The position numbers and the translations under genes were made by a program. Positions 11,786 to 24,453 of a DNA stretch of 64,000 nucleotides are shown in pieces. The stretch covers positions 78,182,001 through 78,246,000 of the forward strand of contig OZ336875.1 in assembly GCA_965287045.1 (NCBI GenBank), read 5' to 3'. Positions within the stretch are counted from its first letter, which is position 1; each line of letters starts with the position of its first letter. Below the pieces are notes generated by a model that was given only the letters and a program-made list of their open reading frames with translations, was not told the DNA's origin and did not search any database. Origin of the DNA: Carcharhinus amblyrhynchos (lineage: Eukaryota).

Positions 11786-12199
11786 ATGAACTCTTAACTA
11801 TGCTGAGTATAGGATAAGGTAAGTAATGTATTTAATGGAATAAGACTTTTGTGAGGAGATGTAGTGAAAAGGATAAATGCAAATAGGCAATGTATCTCAT
11901 CAGTGAAGTAAGATCACATTACACCAGAGTATGCTGAGGGATAGTTGGATGTGAAGCCTCATACTAAGCCTTGTTCTGTACATAGTCAGAAGAATGTATA
12001 ATAAAAGTTAAAATTTACCAACAGCCTTGCCTCCAGCAGTCTCTATCGATCCTAACCAAGGACAGCCTCAGAAAGACCCATAAAAGTAATGACAGAGTGC
12101 TGTAGCATTTCGATCTGGAGATGAGTGTGTGAATAAATAATCTTAATTTAAATCCACAAGAATCTGTTGTTGTAGTTTAAATTGACCACATGGCAACCA

Positions 12200-12362
12200 T
12201 TGAAACCATACAGAAGGAGGCCATTCAGTCCACCCGAGACTGCACTGACTCTCAAAGAGCATCTTGCCCAGGGCTGCGCACCCCCTCCCCACCCCACCAC
12301 ACCGCCCATCCCCGTAATCTTGTGTATTTACCATGGCTTATCCACTTAACCTTTTGGACGTT
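12200..12362 (-). mobile_element. HE1-like SINE 3' part
   Basis: CAGAAGGAGGCCATTCAGTCCACCCGAGACTGCAC is the reverse of the HE1/CR1 tail. Confidence 0.55.
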
Positions 12363-12792
12363 TCCAAAAAACCACTGATTATGGATGATAATTTTATGTT
12401 TCCTCTCCTACTCATAACACTGGGGAAGCTGCAACACAGGACCACAAGCACGCTAAACAGCAGAAGACCGAGCTAAGTGGTTAACAATGAACAGATCAGA
12501 TCTAGGTGCTGCCATCCTGTCATATCACGCATGGTAGTGGACAATTAAACAACGAAAGTTATGGTTGCATTCCTGAAAATCATGACTCATGATCAGTGAA
12601 ACAGCTTTAATCAATGTTAAAGCTGATGAAAACATTTTCACACAACAAGTGGTTCAGGTCTGGAATACGCTGCCTGGGAAGTGTGGTGGATCAAGGCAAT
12701 CAAGGCATTCACGAGGGCATTTGATGACTATTTGAACAGAAACAATGTCAGGGGAAAAGGCAGGGGAATGTCTCTCCCTACTTTCCCACTTT

Positions 12793-12918
12793 TGCTGGAA
12801 TTCTGCCACCCCATCTGCCACGGGAATCGGAGCAAGCAAGGGCAGACAATGGGAGGCTCCATTGATTTTGGGTGGGATTTTCCAGTCTTGGGTGGAGCGA
12901 AGCTATAAAATCCTGCCC
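12793..12918. mobile_element. Short MITE
   Basis: Ends TAAAATCCTGCCC; internal GGGAATC...GGGTGGGATTTT shared with 3276-3400 and 47325-47432. Confidence 0.6.
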
Positions 12919-13479
12919 ATTTGTTTCTGTCTCTTGCTGTCTCTCCTGTTCCAATCTACCTCCGTCTCTCTCTCTCTCTCTTCTTTTCCTCTCTCTTTAT
13001 TCCACTGTCTCTCAATTCTACTCTGTCTTTCTTTCGACACACCCTTGGGCCACATCCTGATAAATTACAGGAGCTGAGCTCTTTTCCACAGGGAGGCATG
13101 GAAAAAGCTTGAAGGGCGGGGTGGGCGATGGAGCTAGGAAGGCCATGCGAGAAGCCAGTGGGGGTGCACAATGAGTGGGGGCGGCAGGGTAGAATACATA
13201 AGCGGCTGGGGGCCCCACCCCTTTCGCACCTACTCCTTCCCCCTCCACCCCGTGTTACTCACACTTCATCACATGAGCTGCAGTTGGCAGCTTCTTGTCC
13301 CTGCACTCCTGTTCCTGGATCTGGTCCTCACTCTTACCCCACAACACAGGCCTCTGGTGACTGTACAATGGCTCCAGCATCAGAACATAGCATTGCCTGG
13401 CCAAGAATTCAGTGTAGGTGGACACGGACTCAGAGTGTTGATGCTCATGATAGAAAATGGCACCATATAGTGAAAAAAG

Positions 13480-15530
13480 AGTTCCTAAAGAGTAAACAGT
13501 ACTATAGCGAAGTTACTTAAATTAACAGCAAGAACTTACCGTAATCGAGGGAGGAGGCTCAACACATATCCCCATTCTGAACTGGGGGGGAAACCAGCAA
13601 AATGCAAGACTGAAGCATCTTCAACCAGAAGTGCCAAGGGGAGATCAATTTCAGCCTCAACTTCAGATCCTAAGGATCATCGGTGTCAATCTTCAATTTC
13701 ATTCACTCCATGAGATATCAAGAAATGGTTGAAGGCACTGACTACTGCAAACGCTGGTCCCTAATAAAACTGCAGCAATGCCACTGTCAACTTCTGCTCC
13801 TGAACTACCTGGATCTTTAGCCAAGCTGTTCCAGTACGGTAACAACATTGGCATTGACCCGGCAGTGTGGAAAATGCCCACATATGTCTTGTCCACAAAG
13901 AGCAGCACAAATCTAACCTGGCCAATTACTAACCAATCCGTTTACTGTTGTTTGTCAGCGCAGTGATGAAAGGAGTCAATGACAGTGCTATCAAGCAGCA
14001 CTTAGCAGTAATCTGCTGACACTCAGTTTGAGTTCTGCCAGGCCCATTCAACTCCTGACCTCATTATAGCCTTATTCCAAACATGGACAAAGGAGCTGCT
14101 CCAGAGGGGAGGTGAGAGTGAGTGCCTTTGACATCAAGGCAGTATTTATCTGAGCATGGTATCAAGGAGGCCCTAGCAAAACTGGAGTCAATGGGAATTG
14201 GGGGAAAACGCTCCGCTGATTGAAGTCATACCTCTCATAAAGTAAGATGATTGTGATTGTTGGATGTCAAACATCTCAGGAGGACATCATTGCATGTGTT
14301 CCTCAGTTTAGTGTCCAAGGCTCAACCCTCTTCAACTGCCTCATCAATGACCTTCCCTGCATCTTAAGTGGAGACGTTGACTGATGATTAGACAATATTC
14401 AGCACTATTTGCAACTCCTCAGGTACTTAAACAGTCCATCTGTTTTAGCCGGCTTCTCATGGCTTCAGCTTCTGCACCCCCACACCACCCCAGCTAGCCA
14501 AATATACTGTTTCCTGCAATGGAGGGATCTGCAGGGGCCCAACAATTCTCCTGCCTGGCACTATCTCCCACTATAGCCACCAGCTGGCAGGTGCCTGGCC
14601 AACAGAACTTCATGATAGCCATAGGGTAAGGGGCATGGAGAGTGCCGCGCAAAAAGCAGAGCCTGGCATCTGGAAGTTGCTAGCTCGGGTCTCATGTGAC
14701 TCCCCTGTGACATTCAGCTGATGAATCAATGTTGAAATATTGATGAATCAATAATGCTGCTCCACATTGAACACTAATTAAAACATGGAAACTAAGAGCA
14801 GGAATGGGCCATTGGATCTTTTTAGCCTGCTCTGCCATTTAGTATAATCATGGCTGATCTTCAATCTCAATGCTTTATTCGCGTTTCTCCCCATATATCT
14901 TGAAGCACTATGGGTAGCTGTAATTCCGCCAAACACCCGTTTCCCACCATCAGCAATCTTTATTGTGCACCAAAGGAAAAGGCTGCTTCCACAGCTTACA
15001 GTCAGGTCACCTCAGGACTACAACTCGGGTCTAGGTAAAGTCACAGGCTTAAAAGCCCCATGGCTGCTTCCCATCTGGCAGTTCCAACAACACTCAAGAT
15101 GTTTAATAACATCCAGGGCAAAGCAATCCACTTGACTGACACTATATCTCGCATCTTAAACATTCATTCCCTCCACTTCTCTCATACAATGGCAGCAGGG
15201 TGTGCTATCTACAAAATGCACTGCAGTAACTTGTTGAAGCTCCTTTTACAGCACCTTCCAACCCAGCAATTCTACCATCTAGAAGGACAAGGGGTGCAGA
15301 TGCAGGGGAAAACCATCACCAGCAAATTTCTCTCTGGCCACACACACAATTGGAACAATATTGCCATTCGTTCACTATCACTAGGTCAGAAATCTGAAAT
15401 CCCCTTCTTAACAGCACTGTGATGTGCCTCCAACACACAGATTAAAGCGGTTTCACTCTCAAGGATAGTTATAAACGGGCAATAAATATTGGTATTTTCA
15501 ATGATGCTTAGATCCCAGGAATGAATAAAA
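13480..15530 (+). mobile_element. CR1/L2-group LINE ORF2 remnant, interrupted at ~14440-15056
   Basis: SAPELPGSLAKLFQYGNNIGIDPAVWK, NYxPI, ALDIKA-like and VPQ-like RT motifs. 3' part (GCAIYKMHCSNL; AATAAAT...GAATAAAA end) at 15057-15530 is homologous to 61125-61800. Confidence 0.75.
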
Positions 15531-15794
15531 GAAAGTGTTGCTCTCCTTCATTTAATCCCACTACCTAACCTCCCTTCCCCAAGATGTTCCTGAATCAACG
15601 TGTGGAGGATGTCAGACCATATTATTGGGATTTTACAGCCTCATTCACCCTGAAATCGTAAAATCCTGCAGAGGTCAACAGGCCTTTCCATGGTGGGCAA
15701 GATGGTAAAATTACAGCCTACATCTTTAATATATTAAAACTTACCTTTGTACTATATTTCCTTTCTAATGTCTGTACTTTTTGACTAAATATTG

Positions 15795-16149
15795 TGGAGA
15801 TGCCAGTGTTGGACTGGCGTAAACACAGTAAGAAGTCTCACAACACCAAGTTAAAGTCCAACAGATTTATTTGGTAGCAAAAGCCACTAGCTTTTGGAGC
15901 ACTGCTCCTTTGTCAGATAAGTGGGAGTTCTGTCACAAACAGGGCATAGAAAGACACACATTCAATTTACAAATAATGGAACTCACATTCCAACCATTAT
16001 TTTGTAAATTGAGTTTGTGTCTCTATATGCCCTGTTTGTGAACAAAACCCCAACTTACCCGATGACGGAGCAGTGCTCCGTAAGCTAGTGGTTTTTGCTA
16101 CCAAATAAGCCTGTTGGACTTTGACCTGGTGTTGTGAGACTTCTTATTG
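15795..16149. mobile_element. Foldback (inverted pLTR) Penelope-like insertion with 13-bp TSD
   Basis: Arms ~15823-15979 and ~15994-16151 are reverse complements. TGACTAAATATTG at 15782-15794 and 16150-16162. Same pLTR as the GIY-YIG-bearing copy at 33320. Confidence 0.85.
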
Positions 16150-17139
16150 TGACTAAATATTGCCATCAAGCCTGCCAGTCTCTACTGCTGACCATTTTAC
16201 AGCAAATTCTGTTAAATAGTGATACATGCAAATTGGATCTATCCTGCATTGCTGGTGGCTTGATAACATAACTACTACCCAACACTAACATTTTGGAGCA
16301 GATTATTTTACTTTCATGATGCCATCATGAACGACTTCAAATATGTTGTCAGAATGGAACAGTGATGTCTTTCCCTACTAAATTGTGCATGCCCTGGACA
16401 TCTTGGCTGATAAAAAGGTCATTTGTAATTAATCTTTGGGCCTCACACATCTTGGACTACATTAAATAGGTGATTATTATTACGTGTTCCTCACATTAGT
16501 GATGTGCTGTCGTTTTAAATCGTAGCCATACTGAGCAGCATCTGGGAATTGTGAATGATGGAGCCAGCCTGTCTGGAGTTGTTAGGCACTGTGTTTCATT
16601 TCATGTTTGCCTGAGATCTGTAGAAAGACAGATTGTGAGATATTCTGGCACAATTTGTGAAATTTTCTGTTCAGAAATTGGATTATTGTGGTTCGAGCTC
16701 ACTTTTTAAAGTTCCATATCGAACTATTGTGACATATTTTCACGGTGCATTGTACATTGACTTACAAAATTTAAGTTTGTGCTGTGCCTGAACAAAATCT
16801 GCTCACAAGGACAGTAATCTTCATACTGATAAGTATTAGCCACAAAATGAGTTGGTGAAAATGTAGTGGAACTTTGATTTTATTTTACAATCGAGGAAGA
16901 TGACTCCCTATGTCTGATCATTGACAGATAGTAATGATCTGCTATAAAGCAGTTATATCACCTATATCTAGTAATTTTTGCAGTCTAGATACTTTTTAAC
17001 ACAACAACTCTTTATCACACTCAAATCTGATGAAATGGACAATAATCACACAATGTTGGTGTTTAATGTGAGCCATGAGTCAGAAATATTTAACACTAAG
17101 AGCCTGATGCGTAATTTTGGCTGACAATATTTGATGCTG

Positions 17140-18140
17140 GCCTCTTTTAAGGGGCTGACAATATTTGAAGACTTGAGGAAACAACTTAAGCAAATTAATC
17201 GGCTAAATTGTTCAACACGTAAGGGAGAGCAAGGAGAAATCTCTTAAGATATAAAGTTGATCACAGAGGCTACATATAAACCAGAATCAGCAAGTTTAGA
17301 CTAAACAACTGTTATCCTAAATAATTAGCAAATTCATTAAAAGTCAAATAAAACAAACAAAAACTACAAACTCATAAAGAGAAAAGAGGATGGATATAGG
17401 AATATGAGAAACAGCTTAAAAAGATGATCATGGGAGGAAAGGGGCATAGAAAGATTTAGCCATGAAGGGAAAATATGACAGGAACAAGTACTTGATGTAC
17501 TTTAGTGGTTGTAGAATAATCAAGAACTCAAAAAAGTGCAAAAAAAGCTGGAAACAAATATTTAGATATGCTAAATAATTCAAGTATTTGTTATGATTGG
17601 CATGAATAACAAGTCTCTTCAAATAAAAATAACAAGAAAAACAATCATTTTAATGAGGAAATAGCTCAAATTATAGTAAATATGCTCCAAGAGAGATATT
17701 TTGTTCTCTTCTTGATTCACCCACTTGAGAAAACAGTTTTTGCACATATACCCTATCAAATGCTTCTAACTTTAAAAAAAAACCTTCTTCTGATCACCCC
17801 CTCAATCTCCTATACTCAAGGGAATACAAGCCAAGTTAATGCAACCTGTCTGCATAATTAATCCTCTAAATCAATCAATTGGTAAAAGGCCAGCTTGGTA
17901 CTAATATTCAAAAAGGATGACTAAATAGTCATGGGCTACTAAAAACCCATTAGTTATACTCTATACTCTTGTCCCATGGAAAGTAATGGAATTGATTATT
18001 TGGAGTAAACCTAAGGATTATCTGTACAATTAGAACCCAGCAAACAATAATCATCATGGAAGGTAACCATAAATCTTGATTAAATTCCATGGCTTCTTTA
18101 AGGAAGTGACAATTCAATCAGACTTTTAAAAATCCTTTAA
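17140..18140 (+). mobile_element. Highly decayed CR1 ORF2 fragments
   Basis: 17880-18010 translates with stops to ASLVLIFKK...PIS...KVMELII, resembling the RT N-terminal WKxAxVxPIFKK...YRPISL motif. Confidence 0.4.
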
Positions 18141-18924
18141 CTTCTTAAACCTCAATCTTCAAAATGCAGAGATAGGGAACTTAATTCAACTCAACGGATT
18201 AACTGCAGGCCTGACAGATTTCTATAGTTGACCTTTTAGCCAAGGCCACTTTTTTTGAGTTCGACCTATCTGTTCAATTGCGATGATTTGAATTGTAAAA
18301 TGTTGCTACAATGAATTTTAAACTTCTCTATGTTCACAAGCATTTTCTAAAAATTCAGTACACAAAAATGTTTGGAGCAGTATCCTCTTGTCATCTTTAA
18401 TAGATATACGGGGATCGTGATGCAATTGGCATCCTAATTTAAATGCTAGCAGGGATTACTTATCAGAATGAAAATGTAAATAACTTAATAGCTTGCTCAC
18501 AGTAATTAATTATGTTTTTCTCCCCCTCAAAGGGCAGACATTTTGGATCACTAGTGCTTTCCAAAGCATTTGTAGCATAGCTGGGAATTATTTTCTTGTT
18601 TTGTTTTCTTCTCTTTTGAATAATATATAACTGCCCATGGACATGTGATTGAGTTCATTAAAAGGCCAGCCAATCAATCAGTAAAAGACGAAAATCTGAG
18701 AAAGGAACAGTTGTATGTCTATGACCTCTTCTTCCTGTGTGATTCTCGTTTAGTTCCTTCTTTCTTCTGAATTTGTTGCTTCGATCTGGCGTCCCACAGA
18801 AATGTAGCTGCTGGCCACTTGTAAGCTTAACTGGCTGAGAAACCATATTTTTTGTGTTGGTCATGCAGTGGAGGGACATCACCAGCAATCCCAAACTTAT
18901 TATTGACTAATATCAAAAAAGAAA

Positions 18925-19322
18925 GACCTGCATAATCACAAATGCTTTGCAGCCAATTAATTACATTTAAACTTAATTTTAGGAAGCACAGTATTCAACT
19001 TTTGCACAATGAGCTTCCATAAAAAATACTATGTTAATGACCAGTTAATCAGTTTTTGTGATGTTGACTGAAGGATAAGTATTGGCCAGGACATTAAGGA
19101 TAACTCCCCTGCTCCTCTTTAGAACAGCAATTTGGGATATTTTATTTCCAGTTGCACGGTACAGAACAGTAGTTAAGTGCTTCATCTGAAAGACAGCACC
19201 CCCAAACATAACACTTCTGTACTAGAGCATCAGCCTTGACTTTATTTTGCACCAATTCTGCAGTGAGATTTGAACCCACAACCTTCTACTTTTGAGGTGC
19301 AAGTGCTACCAACTGAGTCACA
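18925..19322 (-). mobile_element. tRNA-headed DeuSINE (SacSINE1-like)
   Basis: Reverse complement head GTGACTCAGTTGGTAGCAC...GGTTCAAATC (A/B boxes), followed by a Deu-domain-like core (GGGGAGTTATCC...GTCCTGGCCAATACTTATCCTTCA). Confidence 0.75.
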
Positions 19323-19379
19323 AATGGCATAATGCATATCTGTTTTTTCAGCGGAGTAAGCAGCAGCAGATCTCCTGGT

Positions 19380-20639
19380 AGAACATAAGAACATAAGAAC
19401 ATAAGAAATAGGAGCAGGAGTAGGCCATCTAGCCCTTCGAGCCTGCCCCGCCACTCAATAAGATCATGGCTGATCTGTCGTGGCTCAGTTCCACTTTCCC
19501 GCCCTCTCCCCATAACCCTTAATCCCCTCTCTTATCAAGAACCCATCAACCCGCTTCCTAAAAATATTTAGCGAGGCAGCCTCCACCACTTCAACGGGCA
19601 GAGAATTCCAGAGATTCACCACCCTTTAAGTGAAGAAGTTCCTCCTCAACTCCGTTCTAAACTGCCTCCCCTTTATCTTGAGGCTGTGCCCCCTGGTCCT
19701 ACTGTCTTTTTTGAGCGGGAAGAGTCTCTCCACCTCTATCCTATCCATCCCATTCATCATCTTATACGTCTCAATGAGATCTCCCCTCATTCTTCTAAAC
19801 TCTAACGAGTACAAGCCTAGTTTATTCAGCCTCTCCTCATAGCTCAAGCCCCTCAACTCCGGTATCAGCCTAGTAAACCTCCTCTGCACTCCCTCCAAGG
19901 CCAAAATATCTTTGTGCAGGTGCGGCGCCCAAAACTGCACACAGTACTCCAGCTGCGGCCTCACCAATGCCCTATACAGCTGCAGCAAGACCTCCCTACT
20001 TTTATATTCAATCCCCCTCGCTATGAAGGCCAGCATCCCATTCGCCCTCCTGACCACATGCTGCACCTGCAAGCTGGGTTTTTGCGACTCATGCACAAGG
20101 ACCCCGAGGTCCCTCTGCACTGTCGCCTGCTGCAGTTTTTCGCCACATAAGTAATAGTCCTTCCTACCATTCTTCCTACCAAAGTGGACCACCTCACACT
20201 TGCCAACATTAAATTCCATTTGCCATTTCCTGGCCCATTCGCCCAGCCTATCTAGATCCTTCTGCAGACTCTCCACACCCTCCGCACAATTTGCCGTTCC
20301 CCCAATCTTGGTGTTATCAGCAAATTTCGACACCCTACACTCGGTTCCCTCCTCCAGATCATCTATATAAATGGTAAAAAGCTGAGGCCCCAGCACCGAC
20401 CCCTGGGGCACTCCACTAGTCACCAACCGCCAATCCGAATAGCACCCGTTGACCCCCACTCTCTGCCTCCTATTTGACAACCAATCCTCTATCCACGCTA
20501 ACACCCTACCCCCAACTCCATGTCCCTCGACCTTCTGCAATAACCTCTTGTGAGGTACCTTGTCAAACGCCTTCTGAAAATCCAGAAAGACCACATCCAC
20601 CGGCTCTCCTCTATCCACCGCCCTAGACACATCCTCATA
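19380..20639 (-). mobile_element. Young 5'-truncated CR1 LINE (RT C-terminal half, 3' UTR, 8-mer repeat tail)
   Basis: 345-aa ORF with DFQKAFDKVPH, SGVPQGSVLGP and FADN (catalytic DD changed to DN at 20313-20324). Premature stop at 19626-19628. Tail (GAACATAA)3 on the plus strand. Confidence 0.97.
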
Positions 20640-20703
20640 TAGACACCATCCTCCTAAGACCAATACATAAAGATGGAATGTGGCTAACTATAACGTCGCA
20701 ATT

Positions 20704-20899
20704 CAAAAGCAAAATACTCTGAGTTTGGAAACCCAAAATAAAAAATACAGAAAATGCTAAAATATTCAGTAGATTTGGCAGCATCTGTGGAGAAAGGGAG
20801 TTCTGATGAAAGATTATAGTAAATGTTAACTCTATTCCTCTACCCACAGATGCTGCCTATGTGATGGATATTTCTAGCATTTTCAGTTTTTATATTTCA
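20704..20899. mobile_element. Palindromic Penelope-derived short element
   Basis: Arms GAAAATGCTAAAATATTCA...GGCAGCATCTGTGG / CCACAGATGCTGCC...GGATATTTCTAGCATTTTC around a decayed hammerhead-like CTGATGA at 20803-20809. Single arms recur at 26975-27110 and 28030-28115. Confidence 0.65.
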
Positions 20900-20929
20900 T
20901 ATGTAACATCCCCAGCTTGCATGAGTTAA

Positions 20930-21926
20930 CTTACCTTTGCTATTAACAATTTCATACTCACAATGTTGTACCACCCTTTTTAAATTTGCCACAGACTGAG
21001 CAAAGCTTTTGCCTTCCATTTGATTCCCTTGGTAGAACCAGAGCCTTTCCACGATGATCAGTAGCTTTTGAGCATAATATTGTATAAGAATCTTTGCCAA
21101 GTCATGGTTCCTAGCTTTGCTTGATGAACCAAGCTTTGGAGCAAATTGAAGATTTTATATTCTATTATACTGAGAAAAATTGGTACGAACAACTTATTTT
21201 ATTTGCTAATACAAAGTACTGAAACTCCACGATTCATTTTCTTCACTGAAAATATCCATGGATTCTAAGTGATCCACCATTTATCTTGCAGGCAAGATAA
21301 AACTAGAGACTTCTCAGTATATATATTTTTATTGTCTTCCTAGTACTCTCCTTTTCACCATGGAGACCGTTGCCTTGATGTTTTTTTCACACAGCCCTAG
21401 CTATAAAGCAAAGCATTCCTTCTTTTTAAATATGCCAGATACTGCCTGAATTCTTACCCTTCTCTGGTTGGAAAAAAAACTCTTGCCATCACTCAGAGAG
21501 CTTTTTCTTGGTTGAGTCTTCCTGTTTTGGCATTTCAAACTTTAATTCTGTTGTTGCTTCTCCCCAGCCTTCTAATATTTGAAGTGTGAGAATCCAAAAT
21601 ATTTTCTCTTCTACTTTGGATCATTTCTTAATGTTCTTGATGAAACAAAATCCCGATTTGTCACTGATTTTCATTCTGTAATGTCCGAACTATGTTAGGG
21701 TTTGTGGGTTTTAATAGAAAGAAAGGAATCTGGTTTACACATGTAGATTCAAACTAGCACACAACAGGATTTATCCTAGGAGCTTTTGCCTGTACAGAGA
21801 GATGTCCATTGCACTGCACAGAATACAAAACTGAAAGTAAAATTGCAGCCTGTGACAACACCCTAATGACATCAAATCATGTGATCAGCTCTTAAAGCAA
21901 TCTGCAACCCTTTTAAATATATAACA
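20930..21926 (-). mobile_element. Gypsy remnant: 5' LTR (21693-21926) plus gag
   Basis: LTR TGTTA...TAACA. Gag-like YYAQKLLIIVERLWFYQGNQMEGKSFAQSVANLKRVVQHCEY (cf. HYxPKPLxIAERFRFHKRNQxEGES...LAEHCEF). Confidence 0.8.
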
Positions 21927-22699
21927 AACATCGGTTGTATTGTGTTTCATTTTTGACTTAAATGGCAAAAAGCACTATAACATCTTCACCCATCCAAACT
22001 ACTAAGATTGTTATTCACTAGTAAGAAAGAGTAAGAGGAAAGAGAATTTTGCAGCCCTGTAACTCTAGTACCATTTCCAACATTATTTATCACTTACTTG
22101 TTATATTTTTAACCAGCTGAATAAGCTTCTGTAAAGTAAAAGATTAACATCAGAAGCACACATAATGCTGATGTAATAATACTGTCAATCACATGACTGA
22201 GAAGTAAGAAAGAGCTGGAAGACGAGAAGCTCCAACCTTATATGAAGGTCCAAAATGTTTAAATCCTTATTGTAAATAAAGAGTAATAATTTTGAGAAAC
22301 TACAGAATCAAGCAGCATATTTTGCGAGAATAGTCAATCCCAAAAACCCATGCTTAGTCCCTGTGTACACAAAAAAACAGTTTTGCAACACAAAAACTCG
22401 CTTTATGAATAATGCCCAGTTCCAGGCCTTAAAATAGAGGTGCATCACTGTAACCTGGTAATGAAAACAAAATACTAAATGCTAGCCAGGTGCCCAACAG
22501 AGGAAAGTTGATCAGTATACCTCTACACTTACATGTACAAGATCATTTTGTTTTCTTCTGGAGTCTGTTAATTTTGAAATCAGAGGTATCTCTTCTTTAT
22601 TGTTCAGTCCTTCCAAAAGTATGTCTAACTTTTATCCAATCTGATTAGGTTTGGTTTCTGCTCTCATTCTGAAAATGCCAGCAAAGACAAGAAGTTGCA

Positions 22700-23010
22700 A
22701 GTTTAAGAAAGAGGATGATGCAGGTAGATCTTTTGCAAGAGCTAATCTTAAAGATCTGCAGGTAAAGGCAGGATTATGTTAGGTCAATAGTGCTTTATCC
22801 AACCAAATAACAAGTGAGTCAACAAAGAAAAAATGTTTGAGAATATAGTTTGGTGCAGGATAGGAACTGAGTTACAGAAGAGCTGACATTTGCAGAGAAT
22901 TGAGGATTTTACCTAATTAAAATAGTTGAGTCGAGGGGTGACAAAGGCATAGGTTGATAGTTTAAGCAGCAGGTATGCTGGGATGCCAGAGAAAGTAGTA
23001 GCAGCAGATT
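22700..23010 (-). mobile_element. Ancient L2 fragment
   Basis: Minus translation YAFVTPRLNYFN resembles the L2 HAFVTSRLDYCN motif. Confidence 0.45.
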
Positions 23011-23549
23011 GTCTTTATTAATAAGCAACAATATTTAATTAGTTAATTGATTAATTAATTGATATTTCTTGAATTTGACTTAACAGATCTAAACTGAAAT
23101 TGAATTCAAATTTGCAGTGCGCTGAATTCGATGTTGTTACCCTTTCAGTACACTTAACTGAAATGAAGTGGAGAATGCCTTCAACTGCAAACTGTGATTT
23201 CTTTTTGTTCTGACTAATCCCAAGCCATTCCTAGGGTGACAGTGCCAGAATCAAGAAATTACTTCCAATTTCATCTCTAGCTGAAATTACATCATGCTGA
23301 ACTAGAGTTCCATGTGGTTGAAACCACAAATCTTCACCTTGTAATTAAAAGCTCAATTAAAAATGAATGTGATATTTCAGCATATTGAATAAATGCATGG
23401 AAAGAACAATTACACTGATATCTGCATTTCACTCAAATTCTGCTGATGTGACAATCTTCACGTGAGGACAGGAATCCATTGCTTAATGAATTTATGATAA
23501 CCAACATTTCCTACAAAAGCTCTTTGTGCCCATTCACGTGGAAGTTTCA

Positions 23550-24130
23550 GGATGGTGTCAGCCCCTAACTGTATGCTGATGACACCCAACTCTTCCTCCA
23601 CCATCCTCCATTGACTTCTCCACTGTCACCATGTTATCAGACTGCTTATCTGGCATCCAGTCTTAGGAACAACTATAGATTCCTCCAGTTAAACCATGTG
23701 ATGCTGAAGCTATTATTTTGGGCCATCACCACAAAATCTACTTTTTCTGGCCACTGTCTCAGGTTGAAACCAGAATATTCACATCCATAGTATTCTATTC
23801 AAACCCTGGCTAAGCTTCCAACCACATATCATTTTCATTCACAAAGATAGTCTATTTTCAACTCTGCATCCAGCCTTGCTTTCATCTCAACTAATCAGCT
23901 GCTGACACTGTCATCCATGACTTTGTCACCTTGAAATGCAATAATTTCAATGTTCTCCTGGCCAGCCTCCCAGACTCCAGGCTGTATATACTTTAACTGA
24001 TCTAAATTCCTGCTGTTACTTGTATCCTTTACACCAAATCTTATTTAACAATATCCCTTGTCCTTGCTAACCTACATTGGCACCCCATCCCCATTTAAAA
24101 TTCTCACCCTCCTATAACACCTTTCACAAT
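23550..24130 (+). mobile_element. L2 LINE RT/3' remnant
   Basis: TATGCTGATGACACCCAACTC encodes YADDTQL; a downstream HxFVT...N and LHW-like region follows. Confidence 0.75.
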
Positions 24131-24453
24131 CTTGGCACCCAAAGTATTTTCCAGCCAATTAAGTATTTTTGAAGGTTTTTCAATAGTGAAATGTAGGAAA
24201 CGTTCTACTCGTCTCTGATCGAAACCTAAAAGTTTATGTAGTACATGAAATTCTGTCCAATTAGAGTAACAAATCTAGTTGTTTACTGGAAAATGAACCA
24301 CCCCATAACATCATGAAAGCCTAATCCAGAAGTAGGAAATATAAATGAGAGAATGAGATAGTTTACTGTTTAGTTACTCAAGTTGTTGATTTGTTTTATG
24401 TCATGTGTTTGTGAATCAATCACCTAAAATGATTTTCATGGAAAGAGACAAAA

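Noticed and set aside
17119-17168. 16-bp direct repeat GGCTGACAATATTTGA
   Set aside because: Only two units 34 bp apart, a micro-duplication; not an array and not CRISPR.
19240-19322. tRNA gene
   Set aside because: The A/B boxes belong to a SINE head; no complete cloverleaf.
19626-20663. 345-aa ORF as a functional reverse transcriptase gene
   Set aside because: 5'-truncated CR1; the start lies in flanking DNA, catalytic DD is DN, and there is a premature stop.
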